Of a stretch of 64,000 nt of DNA, positions 37,581 through 52,603 are shown piece by piece. Below the pieces are notes generated by a model. The model worked only from the letters and a program-made list of their open reading frames with translations, did not search any database and had not been told where the DNA came from. Every line of letters begins with the position of its first letter. Position 1 is the stretch's first letter. The DNA comes from Marsupella aquatica (lineage: Eukaryota; Plantae; Marchantiophyta), in the NCBI GenBank assembly GCA_973895155.1, contig OZ316895.1:19544803-19608802 (forward strand), given 5' to 3'. A program made the position numbers and the translations under genes.

Positions 37581-38460
37581 TCTTTAAGGGGGCGCACAAA
37601 GGTGAGGGGGAAGAAATCACTTGAAGGCAAGTGGCATGACATCAAGCACGATGTCTCCAAATTCATTGGGTGTTTTCAGCAAGTAGATTCACGTTAGACT
37701 TCAGGGACCAACAAGGCGAATACATTGAGAGCTGCGAAGGAGTTATACAAGGATAACCATCCAAAGCACAGGAATTTTTCATTTGAATCTTGCTATTTCA
37801 TTTTGAAGGATTGCCCTAGGTGGAGCAATACAACCAACAATATGGCAAAGTGGAAGGGCAAGAAAAAAGTAGCAGCAAAAGGTGTAGAGAAAGATAAGGA
37901 CAGCTTGAGGGCTCCCAACTCCAGAGGTTCTTGAGACATCAAACGATGACATTATAGCACAAGCAGTTGATGACTATGAGTGACCAGGATCAGCAGGCAG
38001 GAAGAGACCTACAAGAAATCGAAGGGCAAAGGAAGAGTTAAAGCGAATGAAGCACCAAGAAGATGCTCTGAAGACGACAACATTGGCTTAGAAAGAGATG
38101 GCCATTGCCAATGTGCAACGTGCTCGAGTAGCTGAAAACAATTTCAGTGTGACATTGCTTTCATTACCTACAAATAACATGACACCACAGTTGCAAGCTT
38201 TCATGGAGGAATGGAAGCTGGAAATTGTCATCAATTTGAAGCAACGAATGCAACAACATATAGATGTCCAGCCAATTCCTCCAGTGACACACAATCCACT
38301 GCCAAGCGTCCAATAGCCGACATTCCCAATGCCAACGCCACCTCCAAATGTTGTTCAGGAACCAGAGGAGTCAGAGGATGAAGGGGACGAAGCAATTGAA
38401 GTTCCAGTTGGGGAGCAGCCCATCCAAGATGATTTTATGGCAATGCTTGAGCAGACATAA
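37581..38460 (+). pseudogene. PIF/Harbinger Myb/SANT-like (NAM-associated) protein, 5' truncated
   Basis: KSLEGKWHDIKHDVSKFIGCF, AKELYK...FSFESCYFILKDCPRW; lies convergent to the Harbinger transposase. Confidence 0.78.
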
Positions 38461-39750
38461 GTTTAGGTAGAAATTCGCTATCTAGACTTCATACAGGGGT
38501 AGCTTTGGTGTAGCAAGAATCACGCTTGTAAAATTGGATCAATTTAATATGAGGAATTTTGTGTGCTTCAGGCATTTCATGGCATTGTCGTGTAGGACTA
38601 TTTATACATTCCAACAAATCTGCACTGTCGGTTTTCCGCATCCCTATCCACTCACACAAGACTGATAATTAATCAAAAAATTCCAGAACATGGATTGTAT
38701 TACAACATTGTCACATCTGGTTTACAAAATTGGAGCCACCCTCAGGCCTGCCTTCACAATTTTGAAGTACATCGGACTACTCTATGTATGTGTTGCTCGA
38801 TATATTCGCCAATTGAAAAATTGGGACTGTACCAGCTGAAACATTGAAACTTGCAAATACAAAACCTGCTCTACAGTAGAGGACTTATGTCCCCAATCCG
38901 TCCCCAATCAGTCCAATCCCTTCACTTCAGTCTGATGGCCATCGCCAATTGTAAAATTTGCCATCAAATTTGTCATCTTCGCCATTCTCTGAATCAAAGA
39001 ATTCCACCCTCACCCTCCTCGCACGTCGAGGCTTCTTCCTCACTGCCCGAGTCTACTTCTTCTCCATGCCTGTTTGGGGAGGCGGAGAGAGAGGTGCTTC
39101 CTCTTTTGCAATGACCAGTGGGAGCAATGCAGTTACATCAGCCTGGGTGGGAGCAACATCGGGTGTAGGATGTGGAAGTGAAAGGGGAGTAGGCCTCTCC
39201 TGCCTCCTGCGCTCATCCACAACTTGGATTGGAGGTGCCATAAATAAGACTAGGGAGGAAACCGCTCTTCCAGTACTGAAGACAATCACCCTCAGAGTCT
39301 CCCTCCACAACATCGAGGCGCAATTGCAAATGGGCAGCAAACGTCGAGGCACAATTGCCTCCAGGCAATAAACATCAAGGCACAATTGCCTCCAGGCAGC
39401 CAAAGGTCAAGGCACAATTGCCAATTGGAATGCCTCACTAGAATCCTCATTACATAATGTATACAAAGGTTTGCAGCGAGCGTTGGCTCCACCTGCAAGA
39501 ATAGAAGCTCCTGGTGAAAACGTGTTGGCAGTCCTACGCAAAGCAAACATAGAATGGGACCTGTCCTGTAGCTTCTTTAATGTTGAAGTGACCTGTCTAG
39601 CTTGCCATCTCATGTGAATCAGGACACGATGCTGGACACAATTGACATGCCCTCAATTAAAGATGGTGACACAAACAAAGCTGGGCACAATTGACTATAT
39701 GCCCTAAATTAATGATGGTGACACAAACAAGACACTCACCCCAAGGTCAA

Positions 39751-41070
39751 TCAATTATCAACATAACCTGAGCCCCTTTGATGCCACAAGTGGTCGATTA
39801 AATCATTTCTCAAGCGAAAATGGTTTTTGTTTTTGTGAATTTCCCTATTGGCCTCAAGGAATTCAAGCCAGGGCATTAACCCTCGTCTCACATTTGGTGT
39901 CCTCACCCTCAGATATGGAGAAGACTCTTCACCTCTTTCATCCTCCAATATCATAAATTGTGGAGGACCACACATGCCATGAGAATGTGAGTCAAGTTTG
40001 GCTCATACCAAGATCTTGCAGGCCTCTTGATAATTTCAAACCTGGCTTGGAGCACACCAAATGCCCTCTCAACATCTTTCTTGGCATCTTCTTGGCATCT
40101 GGCAAAGTGACTAAACTTTTCATTCTGTGGAGAATGAATAGTGGAAATGAACATTGACCACTCTGGATAGATGCCATCTACTAGAAGATATGCTCTATTA
40201 TACTCAACACCATTGACATGGAATGAAACATTAGCAGAATCATTGGACAACCATTCATTCAAAAGAGGGGATCTATCAAGCACATTCAAGTCATTGTTGC
40301 CCCAGCCAAACCCCAGAATGCATGCCAGATCCAAAGTTCCTAATCTGCAATTGCCTCCAATATGATAGACTTGGTCTTATCCTTGTCACTGTATTGCCCC
40401 TGCCAAGCAACTGGGCAATTTTTCCATTGCTAGTGCATGCGATCCAAGGATCCAAACATTCCTGGAAATCCCCTCTGTTGATTAATTTCCATATGATTAT
40501 GAAAATCTTGAGCATTTGGCTTTCTCAAGTACCTGGCTTCATAAATTTCCCTAACATTTGGCTTTTGTAAATCGATACAAAGACTCCAAGGCTGTGCTAT
40601 CTCCGATTCTGCAATATTCATCCATGCCATCTGCCCCTATACCATAAGCTAGTTGTCGTAGAGCTGCTGTTATTTTCTGGTGTGGAGATAGACCTGGTTT
40701 TCCTGCAGCATCAAACTTCAAACAAAAATAATCATCATGTTCACATACTCCAAGAAGGATTTCGTTGAATAATCTATTGCTCATTCGAAACCTTCTTTGA
40801 AATTTGAGTTCTCCATATGAAGGATTGTCAGAGGAATAATTGTTCCACATATCCTGTGCACCCTTCTCTTTATTCCGGTTGACATTCATGCTTTTGCCTG
40901 GCCTTGACCCTCCATATTTTGTTATCGTTGGAGGTGCCAGAATATGCTGGATGGACCCGGTCCACTATACATCATCATCCCCCAAAATCGATCCTCCTCA
41001 TCCCAATCGTCTTCATCATCTTCCACCATGTTCAAGAAATTTTCCCTCCATGCCTCCATTGGATCCATAG
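39751..41070 (-). pseudogene. PIF/Harbinger DDE transposase (frameshifted)
   Basis: FQRRFRMS, GLSPHQKITAALRQLAYG, RGFPGMFGSLD, NDLNVLDRSP, DGIYPEW, KDVERAFGVLQARF, LRNDLIDHLW. Confidence 0.93.
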
Positions 41071-42078
41071 CAACAATCCACTACCCACAATACCCATCCC
41101 ATTCACACACATGTATCCTCTCTACACCCGGGTGTGTGGAGGGGGGATTGAACCTAGCACGTTTTGGACCATAAACGTTGTATTGGTGTAGGACCAAATT
41201 ACAAGCACACAGAGCTGTTTCCTGATTATAAGTATCCGAGAGAAACATTCTCTGCCAACTGCATCTTTTATCAAGATTTGTTGGTGTCAGTAGCGATTCA
41301 AGTGATCAGGTTGGTAGGTTGTTGACGGCAAGGCACCGACTCGCAGTCTAAGAGCAACTGGTGCTTCGCAGAAATGTGAGATCATTCACTGTCATGATCC
41401 CCATCTGTCGGAGGTGGATTTTTTTGAGGTCTAGTGAAGCTTGTTCAAGTGGGCATCAAGATGAATCTCGTGCGAAGGGAGGCTATGACGTACAGTAGTT
41501 TGCTTGGTGACAGACTGAGAGCAGTGAGTGTTCCATGGAGATTTGAGATCCGCCTGGTGTCACTTTTGCCTCTACTCTCTGCGTATCACCCGCAACGGCG
41601 CAACCACTAGTCTGGTCTGGGTGATTGGGTGTGGCACTTGACGTATCTCTGTGGATCACTTGTTGCTCCTAGTTCGGGTAATGATTTCTATGAATCACTT
41701 GTTGCTCCTAGTTTGCGAGAACTTTTCATGGCACTTGTTGTAAGAACACGAGCTCGACATCAAGCACTGCCTAGTTCATTACACATGTCTGATGCTTGCG
41801 GAAACACATGATTGATTTATTCACGAATGCCCTCGGAAGGCACATGGATGACGGTGAAATCTATCGGAGCAATGGTGTTCGAGGTGTTTCCAGGTAAGAG
41901 TGAGCAGCTCTGTCGACAGATGCAAGAATTGGAAGGAGGTCTCTCTGATTCGCAGGTTTAGTTTGCGATCTCAATGGAATGACTATTGTGTACGGCCTGG
42001 AGCATTCGTCCCAGGTAAGATAATCTTGTTTTACAACCTCCCTCATGTTGGGTCTTTCTCTTGCGCTCCAGACCCGAT

Positions 42079-42223
42079 TTCAATGAGAAGGACTCAACAT
42101 GTGGGAGTTTGTAATGATTGCCTGATTGCATTTCCACTTGAGTACTGACTTCAATGAGAAGAACTCAACATGTGGGAGTTTGTAATGATTGCCTGATTGC
42201 ATTTCCACTTGAGTACTGACTTC
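42079..42223. repeat. 71-bp tandem duplication
   Basis: TTCAATGAGAAG...GAGTACTGAC at 42079 and 42150. Confidence 0.9.
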
Positions 42224-45200
42224 TCAGTAACATCGTTGGGCATGCTCATCGCTGCAGCCGTGATCATCTCTCCACTTTACATTGTCATGCAGATTCGTCA
42301 CAGGAACCGGGACTGACACTGGATGACCGACTTTAATGGTTGCAGTACAGCCATGATTCCTCCCGGCGTCCTATTGGATTCGAAGCTGTTTGTGCGAATT
42401 GCTGGGTTGTTCGTCTGTCTTTCTCTCTGGCCCTTCCTTTTTGGCAATCTCTCTTGCCTCCTACCTACAATCCGTTGTAGTCGAGGATGTATTTTTAACG
42501 CTCCGTTGCAGATGTTATAATGTATTGGAATGGAATGGTAACCTGGAGTTACGTCATGTGAAGCACAGGTGGCAACTCTATCTGAGATTACGTCAGGTGA
42601 AGCACAAGTGGCAACTCTATCTTCCGAGCGCTAACAAATGACTTCCTTGATAATTTTTGGACCATTTAAACTTGCTGGAGTAGATTATGATACATATCAC
42701 GTCCATTTTCTTGTTACGGCCATTTCAGATTTGCGAATGCTTTCATGGGAAGTCCAGTGTAGGCAGATGAAAATGGGGCTTAACACATACTGGTCCATAG
42801 CAACGCCATCAATAGCACTCCGCAATCAGCAATCAGGCTTCGTAGCGGCGTCTAGATTGACTGAAAATCAGTTAGGAAAGAGACGGATACCTCGAAGAAA
42901 TGCCGGTACGAAGCTAACGACCAAAGAAATTCCGTTACCAGTGCTTCTAACAACCCTATGTATTACCCAAAACAAAGTACTGCAAAACACCGGCCCGGAG
43001 GACAATAGCTAAGCCCCTTGAATATGCTTTCGTTCTGAATATGCTTTCGTTCTGGGCCGTTCATGAGTGTCGTTGTTACCTGTTCATGACCACGACCTCG
43101 TTGTTAACCAAGTTGTGAAGTCACTAGGGACTTTTTCCGGAGATGAACGGAGAACCTTTTCGCGTCAGTGCAATTCCAAACTTCACAACACTCCGTTCCT
43201 GCCCTGTTACGCAAGATCAGCAATGGGGACAAAAATGCTGACATTGGCCTAGATCGTATGTGCACAGTAGCCACAACGTTAAGTTACTGGACCTCAGACT
43301 AACAATGGTTATGATCTTGAACCATTCTGGATGCTTTTATTTTGCCTTCATTTAGATTGAAAATCACAGCCACCTCATACATCAAAAAGCTGTTAAAGAT
43401 ATAGAAATGAAGGACTGTACAACTACAAATGTACCCATTAATCATAGAACTTCACTCTGGGTCTATGATTTGTCCATCCTGAGATGGTACAGTATTATCC
43501 ATTCGCAGCCAAAAGATATTATTTCAAGTCCGTTGAGTGCGCTGCTTTCGTTATGGATCCCACTAGAGGTCCTTTCCAAAATTCTTGGTACCATAGTGTG
43601 CATGTCAACAACAATCGTAATAAACAAGATTCATTGATTTTATGAATTAAATTTATAATTTTCATTTGATTTTATGAATCAAATTTATAATTTTCATTCG
43701 TGTTTGTGTCAATTTGGGTGTAAATTTTGGGACGCTGTGTCATAAAAAGAAAAAGAAAAATATTGAAAATGTTAGATATTATTGTAATTTTGTAACTCAT
43801 GAGTTAATTATAATTAGACTAACTCGAATTAGGATTTAGTTAATGTTAACGATAGTGTTATTGTGCATATAATCAGGGCTAATGCTAGACCTTGGTGAAA
43901 TTTAGGCTCATTGTTACGGAGTTAGTTGAAAGATAGGGAGAGCTTGTGCTGTGAATGCTTGGTATGGTCGCTTTTGTGTTCCTGTGGACGTAGTCTCATG
44001 TGGAGGTGAATCACGTATCTCTCTGTGTCGATTGTTGTACGTTGGATGGTTCATGGGCTTGCCATTACGAATGTCATTTATGTTCAACAGAAAATACAAA
44101 GAACAAGACGGTTAAAATTGTCACTATAACCATTTTAGTTACATTTTCAATTTTAAAACTTAAATTCAAAAATTTATAAAAAATATTTTTTATATAATAA
44201 ATAATGACTAATAATTAATTTAATAATTTTCTTGTTAAACCATAACTCCCAGTATCTAAGGATCTCTTGTATTGTATGGCCATTAATGCTAAGAAGAGCA
44301 CATAAAAACCCAGGATCGAAGAGGAGGAATGACTAGAATCTTGAAAGTTCATCAAATTTTATATTCAAAATTATTCATTCATTTTCAAAACAAAAAATAC
44401 CCAGTCGTAGATCTCATTGATCTTTTTTTTGCACCCTAGATCGTCTTCTAACATAGATGAATAAAATTTATAGATGCATTATAAAATGAACGACAAAGAT
44501 CGTAAAATCAACAAAATCGACGGCTAAAAAGACTTGGATTTATTTAATTTTTCATTTAAAAAATATTAACCTATTTGCAAAACGAACAGAACCCATCCAT
44601 AGATCTATTTGAGATCTTTCGTTTGAACCATAGATTGATCATTATGATAGACAAGCGAGATTTCTGGAAATAAAAAATGGAGACGGCTCAGATCGATTCT
44701 TCCCCCTGATTTTATTAACCAAGGGGTCCACGAACTAATTTTACTTTCATCCTGATGGTCATTGGGTTAGATTTTCTTATATTACTTGTCCTTGGCCACT
44801 CCTTGTCATTCGCTAATGCTCGGTTAAAATTTGGTTAGACTAGGTTAAAATTTGGACCGGGCTTCCAGTTCACGGGAAGCACACACAGAAATTCTACATC
44901 TGCTGCTTAAACAGATACATGACAACATGCCGAATTGGCTTAGTCTAAGTTTGTCAAAGAAGCTAAACCTCAGATTTACGAAGTCGCTCGCACAAACAAC
45001 GTGGATCTGAGGCACACCAATGTGGCATTTCAAATAACAATAGAAAACCCCCAATCTAAAAGCAACCATGCGCAACTGATTTCAACCGCTGGGGCAGGAA
45101 GGCCGTTAAATGGGGTATGCATTACAATTACAATGGCCCTCTTTCTCTCTCGAATAAGTATTTGGCCCTCTTTCTCTTCCGAATAAGTATCTGCTATGGG

Positions 45201-45387
45201 GAATAACAAAGAGTTCTGCTAGCTGTCTTCGCTGCAACTTCATGGGTCTGCAAGTTTCCTGTCACTAAGAGTATGCATCTACGCTGTGCTGCAAGTTGTG
45301 GCCAAAGACACGTAATTCTACCCAACCTAAATCAAAGAAAGAAAAGGGTTTCCTATATGACTTTGTAAAGTTTGATCACATTCTATA

Positions 45388-48300
45388 TCAAGGGACGTCA
45401 TCAACTTTTTTGTCCCCATCAAAGTGTCCCCCGTTCCCAAGTGTGCCAAGGTGATCTTCGGTATCCATATCAATCACTTCTAGCTCTTTCATTGTTGACA
45501 GCATGAGTACCTGTCATTTAAAACCCACAGAAACAGTTCACTGGATACTGCTAAGTGAAATACGGCACCGTACATCACCATTTACAGCTCACTCACACTT
45601 TTAATTGATCTGAAATTATTATTTGTTCTAGACAAGCTCACGGAACTAAAAGTCTGAACGGTAGAGGCCAAGTTCTGTACACTATCCATATCAAATAGGA
45701 TAACTTTGGCTAGGGCTGGCTCCATTCTCCTTTCCAAAAACAAAGGGAGGATTCCAACAAACTGAAAACATTAGATTATCTTTTGTCTCCTTCTCATGTG
45801 CTGACATGAAATGAATGTTGCATGCTGGGCATAATCATCCTGAACATAACTGCAACACAATCCAGGTGTGTAGACAGCAACTAGCATAGGCACATCTAAT
45901 AAGATATCCTTATTGAAAAGCCAGAAGACGTCTTCAAACCTTCAGTTCCTTTTCATGAGTTTTGAGACGCTCTGAGCTTTCCTTCACTTGAAGGATTCCT
46001 TTTTGCAGCTGTAGAAATCAATGAGTTTCCACGCATCAGATTTAGACCATCGGAAACATATCAATGCTCAAATCAGAACCCAGACAACTACTAGTACGTA
46101 TCTAAGCATGTCAAGGGTTAATCGCTGAGATGAATTCAATTTAATTGTTTACTACAGCAATAATTTAAACCCACCTTTTTTAGTTGCTGTTGACGATGTG
46201 AGGCTGTAGCTTGTGCGTTGGCCAGAGACTCCTCCAATTTCTGTACAATAGGAGGATTCCGTTGAGAATTTAGAATTCAAGAAACGCTTGAATCAAGTGA
46301 GCTCCAATCTCAAAGGCTACTGATATTCTTGACAAAATGGTCAAGCTCAGTACCAATTTTGGTGCTGTGATATGATGATGCACAAAATAGTCTGCCGTTT
46401 AAGAGAATCATACAATCATCTACCTGATAACAATTGTCCTTTCCACTGGACAACCTAAACGCAAAGTACCTGTGTTTGGGATTGAAGAGCAGCGACTGTC
46501 TCCTTCGCCTGATCAACAGCACTCGTCAGACTGCTAACCTGTGATCATGCTCAACAATACGAGAGTTCCACTTAAAAACAACTATTCAGACAAATCTCAC
46601 ACCTAATCTTATTAGTAACTGTCCAATATCTTTGCCCAGTATGACCAGTCGTTCCCTTCTTGACCAAAACAATCAAAGTTAATTGTTTTGCAAAGCTAAT
46701 GTTACGATAAATTACATTTGACAGCTGACCGTTAGGCCACAACACCAACCTTGTCTTCGAGGTCCTGTCGACTCTGGACGGCTCTGTCCAATTCTTCCCT
46801 GACCTGATTCAAAGGAGACGATCAAACTAAGAACTAATCATGTATGCCAGTCACACAAAATCTAAACCCATAGAGTGACCACTATCCTCTGCAGGAAGAA
46901 ACAAGACAGGTTTGTTACAAAAGTCTAGACTCCTCGGTAAGCGGTAAGAACGTATTTTATAGAAAAGGGCCCCGACTAGTCTTCAAGTGTACATACTGGA
47001 GGCAAACTACCTTTCCCGGGATACTATTTGAAACTAGTATCTATTGCAGAACAATTGGGCCAAATCCTATCATAAGGTATGCGACCTACCTACCAGTTGG
47101 ACACCTACATTGCGTACTTTCGCTGATATGATCAACGAATCAAATCGATGAGACTTTTGACATCTCACATCTACTCGTTTCTTATAGCATGAGCTTCTAC
47201 TATACCTTGATAACGTCGGTTTGTTCCCGTTTGGCTATCCTGCTGCTCAGAGCTGATGTTCTATGAGTACTCTCCTCCACGTGATGAATACTGTTACGAA
47301 CAAGGCCAAGTTTGAGACCGATAACTCAATTCGTGATAATCAATCCCATGACATGAAGAAATATCAAGTATTCTACTCACTACCTAGTTGGATCACAGTG
47401 GAGTTGTGCTTAAGTCCACTCAATTTATCGGAGATCTTGGAAACATGTGTGTATTTATGAAGGGAGCAACTAAACAACTAGGAAACGAATTTATAATGAG
47501 GGAACATGGACTTCAAATTTCTCACCGATCGGAGCTTTGAGGAGATTGTGAAGTTCGTGAACTGTGTGCCCTAGGTCTCCCAGCTGAGGATGAATTGAAA
47601 GAAGGACTTCGGCCTAAAATCGATGATTGCAACAGATGTCAACATGCAGTAACATCTTACAAGGTGCTAGTTCTGGTGCAAAACAAGCCAGCATATCCTG
47701 AACTACTCCAACCAGCATAGATGTCTCGTCCAAGAACGCCTTCCACGAGGGAGCATACTGCATCAACTGGCCGTCGTCCACAAAGGGCGAAAATGACCAA
47801 ATGGGTATATTTGGTCGAAAACTTGGTTTTCACACAAGTAGCAGCTGATGTGATATAAACTGTCTAGTGAACCAGGACAACACAACAAACCTAGAGGGAG
47901 AACAATCATATGTATCTCCATTGATCTTCACCAGTCTCAAAACTTTCATGGGATATGAACCATAAACTATCAGCTCCTTATATTTACCAGCTCGAGGAGA
48001 GCGACTCCGGCGATGTCCGGGTGCTCGTCCTGGGACAGGAGATGTCCCAGAGGACCTAGCCCGAGCAGAACGTCCTGGGCCAGGAGACGATGGAGGAGAA
48101 CGACCTCGATTGGAGCGCCTTGAGAGAGGGGATAAACGGCGGTTGCGCTGTGGGGAGAAGTTACGACCACGTCTGATGAACCCAAACCATTTTTGTCAAG
48201 ATTACCTTTATTTGCAGTGGAGCTGTTAAGCAGTTAACATATATCTTTAAATCGAAATTGAAATTTGACAAGAATTTTTTTAAAGCATTACCAAGAGCAG

Positions 48301-51300
48301 GGTTACGTGTGTAGCAAACATACCCAATACGGTCTCGGTCCCTGCTCTCTCTGCGGTCACGATCTTTATCTCCTCTGTCTCGGAAGGAACCATCCCGATT
48401 TAATGTCTTGCCACTGTTCTTTTTTACTTCATTCACTCGAATAGTTCTCCCACCCAGCACCTGTGGAACAATGACCCAGCATAATTCATCGAGATATAAG
48501 TTTGATCCATATGTTGTCAGGCATAAGATAGTATAATGTGTTTTCGACATTTTCCAATTCTGAAGTTTCTCAGATCTTCAAGACCAGAAATAATCAATCA
48601 ATTTTCGATTTCACTTAAATAACAAAAACGAGTGGTTTGACTGATTGAGGATAGATTCCTGCCTAAGATCATATCGTTTAAAAGAGACTGGAGTGCCACT
48701 TGTTTTCCTGCATAATACTGTACGGAAAGACTTGGACACTGCATTTTGCATAAACGTTTCAGCAATCGAACGAGTAAGCATGAAGTCAAGAGTAGTGTTA
48801 AGCACCAACTATTTTTTCCTCAGCCAGCTGTGCATCCCAAATGTAAGGTTTCCAGACTCTCGCATTTTGCAATACAAAATCATTTAATCTCCCAGACAAC
48901 TGGAAACAGTTGTGTGGAAGACCATCGAGCCCTCTCAGTTGTGGAGCATAAGTTGTTCAAAAAATATCGGTTGTTCAAGAGGTCGAAAAGCTTACCCCTC
49001 CATCTAAGCCATTTATAGCTTTGGCAGCAGCTCGTGGATTAGTGAAGGTGACAAAACCAAAACCCCTTGACTGTCCAGATTCTCGATCATAAACAATCTG
49101 CATCATAACCAATTCTAATTAATAAAATGATAAAATTGCTGAAGGATTGACTAGTGGAAGACGGAGCTCTCTGCAAAATAACAGCTGCTACTGCTCGAAC
49201 AGAACTACACTATTGACATTTCTTTTTACAATCAAATAGGAAAGGATCTCGTTTCCATACCAGAAACCAGTATTATGCAAACCACACAACAGGAAAAGTC
49301 CTAATACCCGTGCAACTGTAGAGGTCGTAACGTTTTTAAGGAGCATAGCAAACACTCAATGCAAGACAAAGATAAGACAAGCAAATAACTTCTGGTCAGT
49401 ATAACTGCAAAACGTAACAGGAAAGTCGGACTCACTAATTTCAAAGGAAGTGAATAGTAGGACTAAATCATGCTATGGACAAGAAAGAGACCACTCATAA
49501 CCGATTGGGATGTCTTCAGAAGAATCTAATCTGTTGAATTCGCATTTTAAAATGTCTGCAGACTCCTCCCCAAATAGCAAATGTATGGTTTGGAAAAGCC
49601 CAATCTGTGCAAAGTACATGCAGAACCCTTGTTCTTTCAACAGCACAAACGTCCATATCATAAAACAATGCACTCACACAATAAGCGGGATGGATAGAGT
49701 CCGCCAACCTAGGAGAACTCCTCGCCCATAACCTTGTTAACTTATATTTTTTGGACAAGCTGTATATATAAACCCATCCTTCAAAGACTGGGGAGACCTG
49801 AGAACAAGAGGCTACTAACATTCAATACTTACCAGATCATGCGCGATTAACATCAGGAGAAGTGGATGGAGTTGAACAAGTGCAGTGCTGTTTGTCTCCA
49901 AAGGAAAAATGAAAAGACAGTTTCCTCAGAATATTTAATGGAAGATATCTGTTGATGAAGAGATTATGCTCAACAACGACAAACTTACAGGAGACCGACA
50001 CCCTTGACCGGTCTGACTTGTCAAGCTTTGAATTTCAACACTGTATGGATCGCAGGATGACTGCCACACAAGAATAGCTGGTGGGTGCTGACCAGTTATC
50101 CTAAAATCACCACAAACGACAAACCTTGCAATCGCACAGCACTGCTTCCTTAAGCTCACCACCATCCCAGCATTGATATGAAACGCGTAAAAAATTTGAA
50201 GTATAGTAGACAATTAGTGTACATTGGAGATTAAACGGGCTAACGGAGTGTTCAAGAGATAATTAAGCTGTCTTGGGAAAAAGTTGAATAGAGAGCACCA
50301 TTGCATGTGCATTTAAAAGCTGTGCGAGAGATAAGGCTCTGAGATATCCTGACAAGGAACACACAGTTTCATGAACAGTTGCCCGTCCGAATTACAACAA
50401 TCTTCAGTGATCGAATAAGGAATCACCAGATGGACGTCTGGTTTACACAACCACAAAGCAAGCATAGCCCAAGTCCAAGGATTGCCTACGCATACATGTC
50501 AGATCAGGCTTATGGCTACCAGTACTCACCGAAGGAAAAGGAAAAGAATCAGCTTCTCAAGTCCTCCACTCAGACTGATTATGGACACATCAACTATTCT
50601 CAAACCCTGACGGGCTTCCACATCGAACCCCTTTAGCCTGCCGCAACCATTATTAAAGTAAAACTGAGACGCTGGAGAGCTAGGAGATGAAAGGATGCCG
50701 TCGTCCCAAGAAGCCACAGTCGGTTTTGAATGAACCAGAGTAAAATTGGTCGTGTGGCATACAGATTACCCTCCAATGTAGAAAGACAGGAAAATTCGAA
50801 TTGTTAAGAGAGTGGCAGAAGATGATTACTGCTGACTACTCCAGTGAAAGATGACTGCTGTTGACTACTCCAGAGAATCACCAGAAAGTAACCGACCGCC
50901 ACAACAAACCACTTCGGTGCTTCAGAGGAAAGAATGTGGTTGCATGCGAATAGAGTGGAAATTGATGAAGCAGCGCAATCAGCCCCCACCACCAATAACC
51001 AAGTGTTGAAAACGTTTCGAGGATGGGCATGTGAGCCTAAGAGTTCTTCACGTCATGCTGAAATAGTCTTAGCTAGCGCGAAAACAATGATAAAAGCACC
51101 AGGGAAAAATCCTTGGAGGATAGCCCCGGGTAAATATGACCAGATCTTCACAACCTTTCTGATGGAGATTCTGCAAATAGAAACGTTTTAGTACGGACAC
51201 TGAGAGCCTTGAACAACGACGACAGCCACAAGAATTGGTCAGAGGGGAGGAAAGGGGTGCAGGCGGAACCTTGATGGAATTGATGTCCCCATATGTCTCA

Positions 51301-51380
51301 AAAGCTTTTTGCAGCATATCCTCCGTGCTATCATAAGCGAGACCACCCACATAAACTGAACACTCGTCGTCTTGAGTCAT
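45388..51380 (-). CDS. Host gene: RRM + Arg/Ser-rich + C-terminal coiled-coil RNA-binding protein, 11 exons (51270-51380, 48996-49097, 48324-48460, 47988-48172, 47526-47613, 47206-47290, 46750-46803, 46470-46538, 46175-46240, 45940-46008, 45388-45510)
   Basis: RNP2 SVYVGGL and RNP1 RGFGFVTF; all introns GT-AG and phase-compatible with an open frame to TGA at 45388; from memory resembles Arabidopsis AT1G22910-type proteins (unverified). Confidence 0.9.
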
Positions 51381-52603
51381 TTTTCTGAAATTCTTGATGT
51401 GCCAAAAATATTCTTGAAAGCAGCCAAATTTATTTGAGGATGAAAATCATGTTGTCAACGCTCCTGCGAGGTGTGCGTCCCCACTGTTCATTTTGTGGGA
51501 CAAATGCGCCACAAATGCGGATATTCAAAAAGGTTCTCCGAAACTTCAGAATATCCTTCACTTTTCAGCTCTTGAGATTACCGTATGCAAGAGCTCGGAC
51601 AAAATCAACAGTACGCCAAACGAAACGCTCAAGCAGAAACCGAAGCACACTGTTTACAACCGTTACCAAGACCAGAGCAAAAGCAGAACCTAACCTGGTC
51701 AAGAAACAAAAACATATCTCTTGGTCAGTGGTGGCTAAGAGGAAAGAAAAGCTCATTAAAACAGATCCACGGTTCTCATAATGCCCGCCCCTTCTTTACT
51801 CCGCAAAACTGACCTGACTTCTATCATCCCGTGCACAAGGTTCTGTAATTTTAGCGATAATGTTCTGGCAAAAACGAGACATGCTATGCCTTCCCGTTCT
51901 TCTTTCCGGTGTTTCTTCCTTCTTATTCCTTGTTTAGAAGTAATCGAGCTCCATTACATTCACCACGGGGCGGGGCAGAACTCGTCGCGTGCTGTAATAA
52001 AATCTAACTCAATTGCCTCGAGGAAAGAAAGCCTTGAAAGTCAAGATTTAACAATTGCAGCAATTGCTTTGGGACCGGATCAAAAGAAGCGTGCGTATTG
52101 GCAAGAAGAAAAGGTTGGAGGTTGGGAAGGTGGTGGTGATTTACCTGAAGGATCATTACTTCGTCACACCATAGATGATAAATTAGGCAGTCTTGTGCTC
52201 ACACGATTGCCACACGACCTTCACGGAAGAAATGCTGACCCTCGTCATCCGCCTCTGCCCTGTTCGCTCATGTAACGAAGAATTTGTTTTGTCGCAGATC
52301 TATCTCTCTCTGCACACGCAAACTGGCAAACTGTACCAAATCTCTCCAGCCAAGGATTTGTTCTTGTTCCACGCTTCCCGTACAGTACTGTAGTGGTCAT
52401 AAGTCATCATAAGTGCGTGCCCAACTAACTGCCCTAGCCCACCAGCCCACCAGGGTTAGTCCTTAGACACCCATGGTAGAAAATTAGAAATTCACGACGA
52501 AAATGAGACTCCCTTACTCTTTTTCCTACGACCTGCTGCCAATTTTTCCATTAGTTATACTTTTTCTAAGTGTAACTAGACTGTGAATGATCCCAACTTT
52601 TGG

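Noticed and set aside
43630-44830. AT-rich block that might be a DNA-transposon or Helitron remnant
   Set aside because: I could not define TIRs, a TSD or Helitron ends.
51434-52393. Short ORFs upstream of the RRM gene, and others at 41.6-43.6 kb and 63-64 kb
   Set aside because: No recognisable motifs or consistent exon structure; probably promoter, UTR or intergenic sequence.
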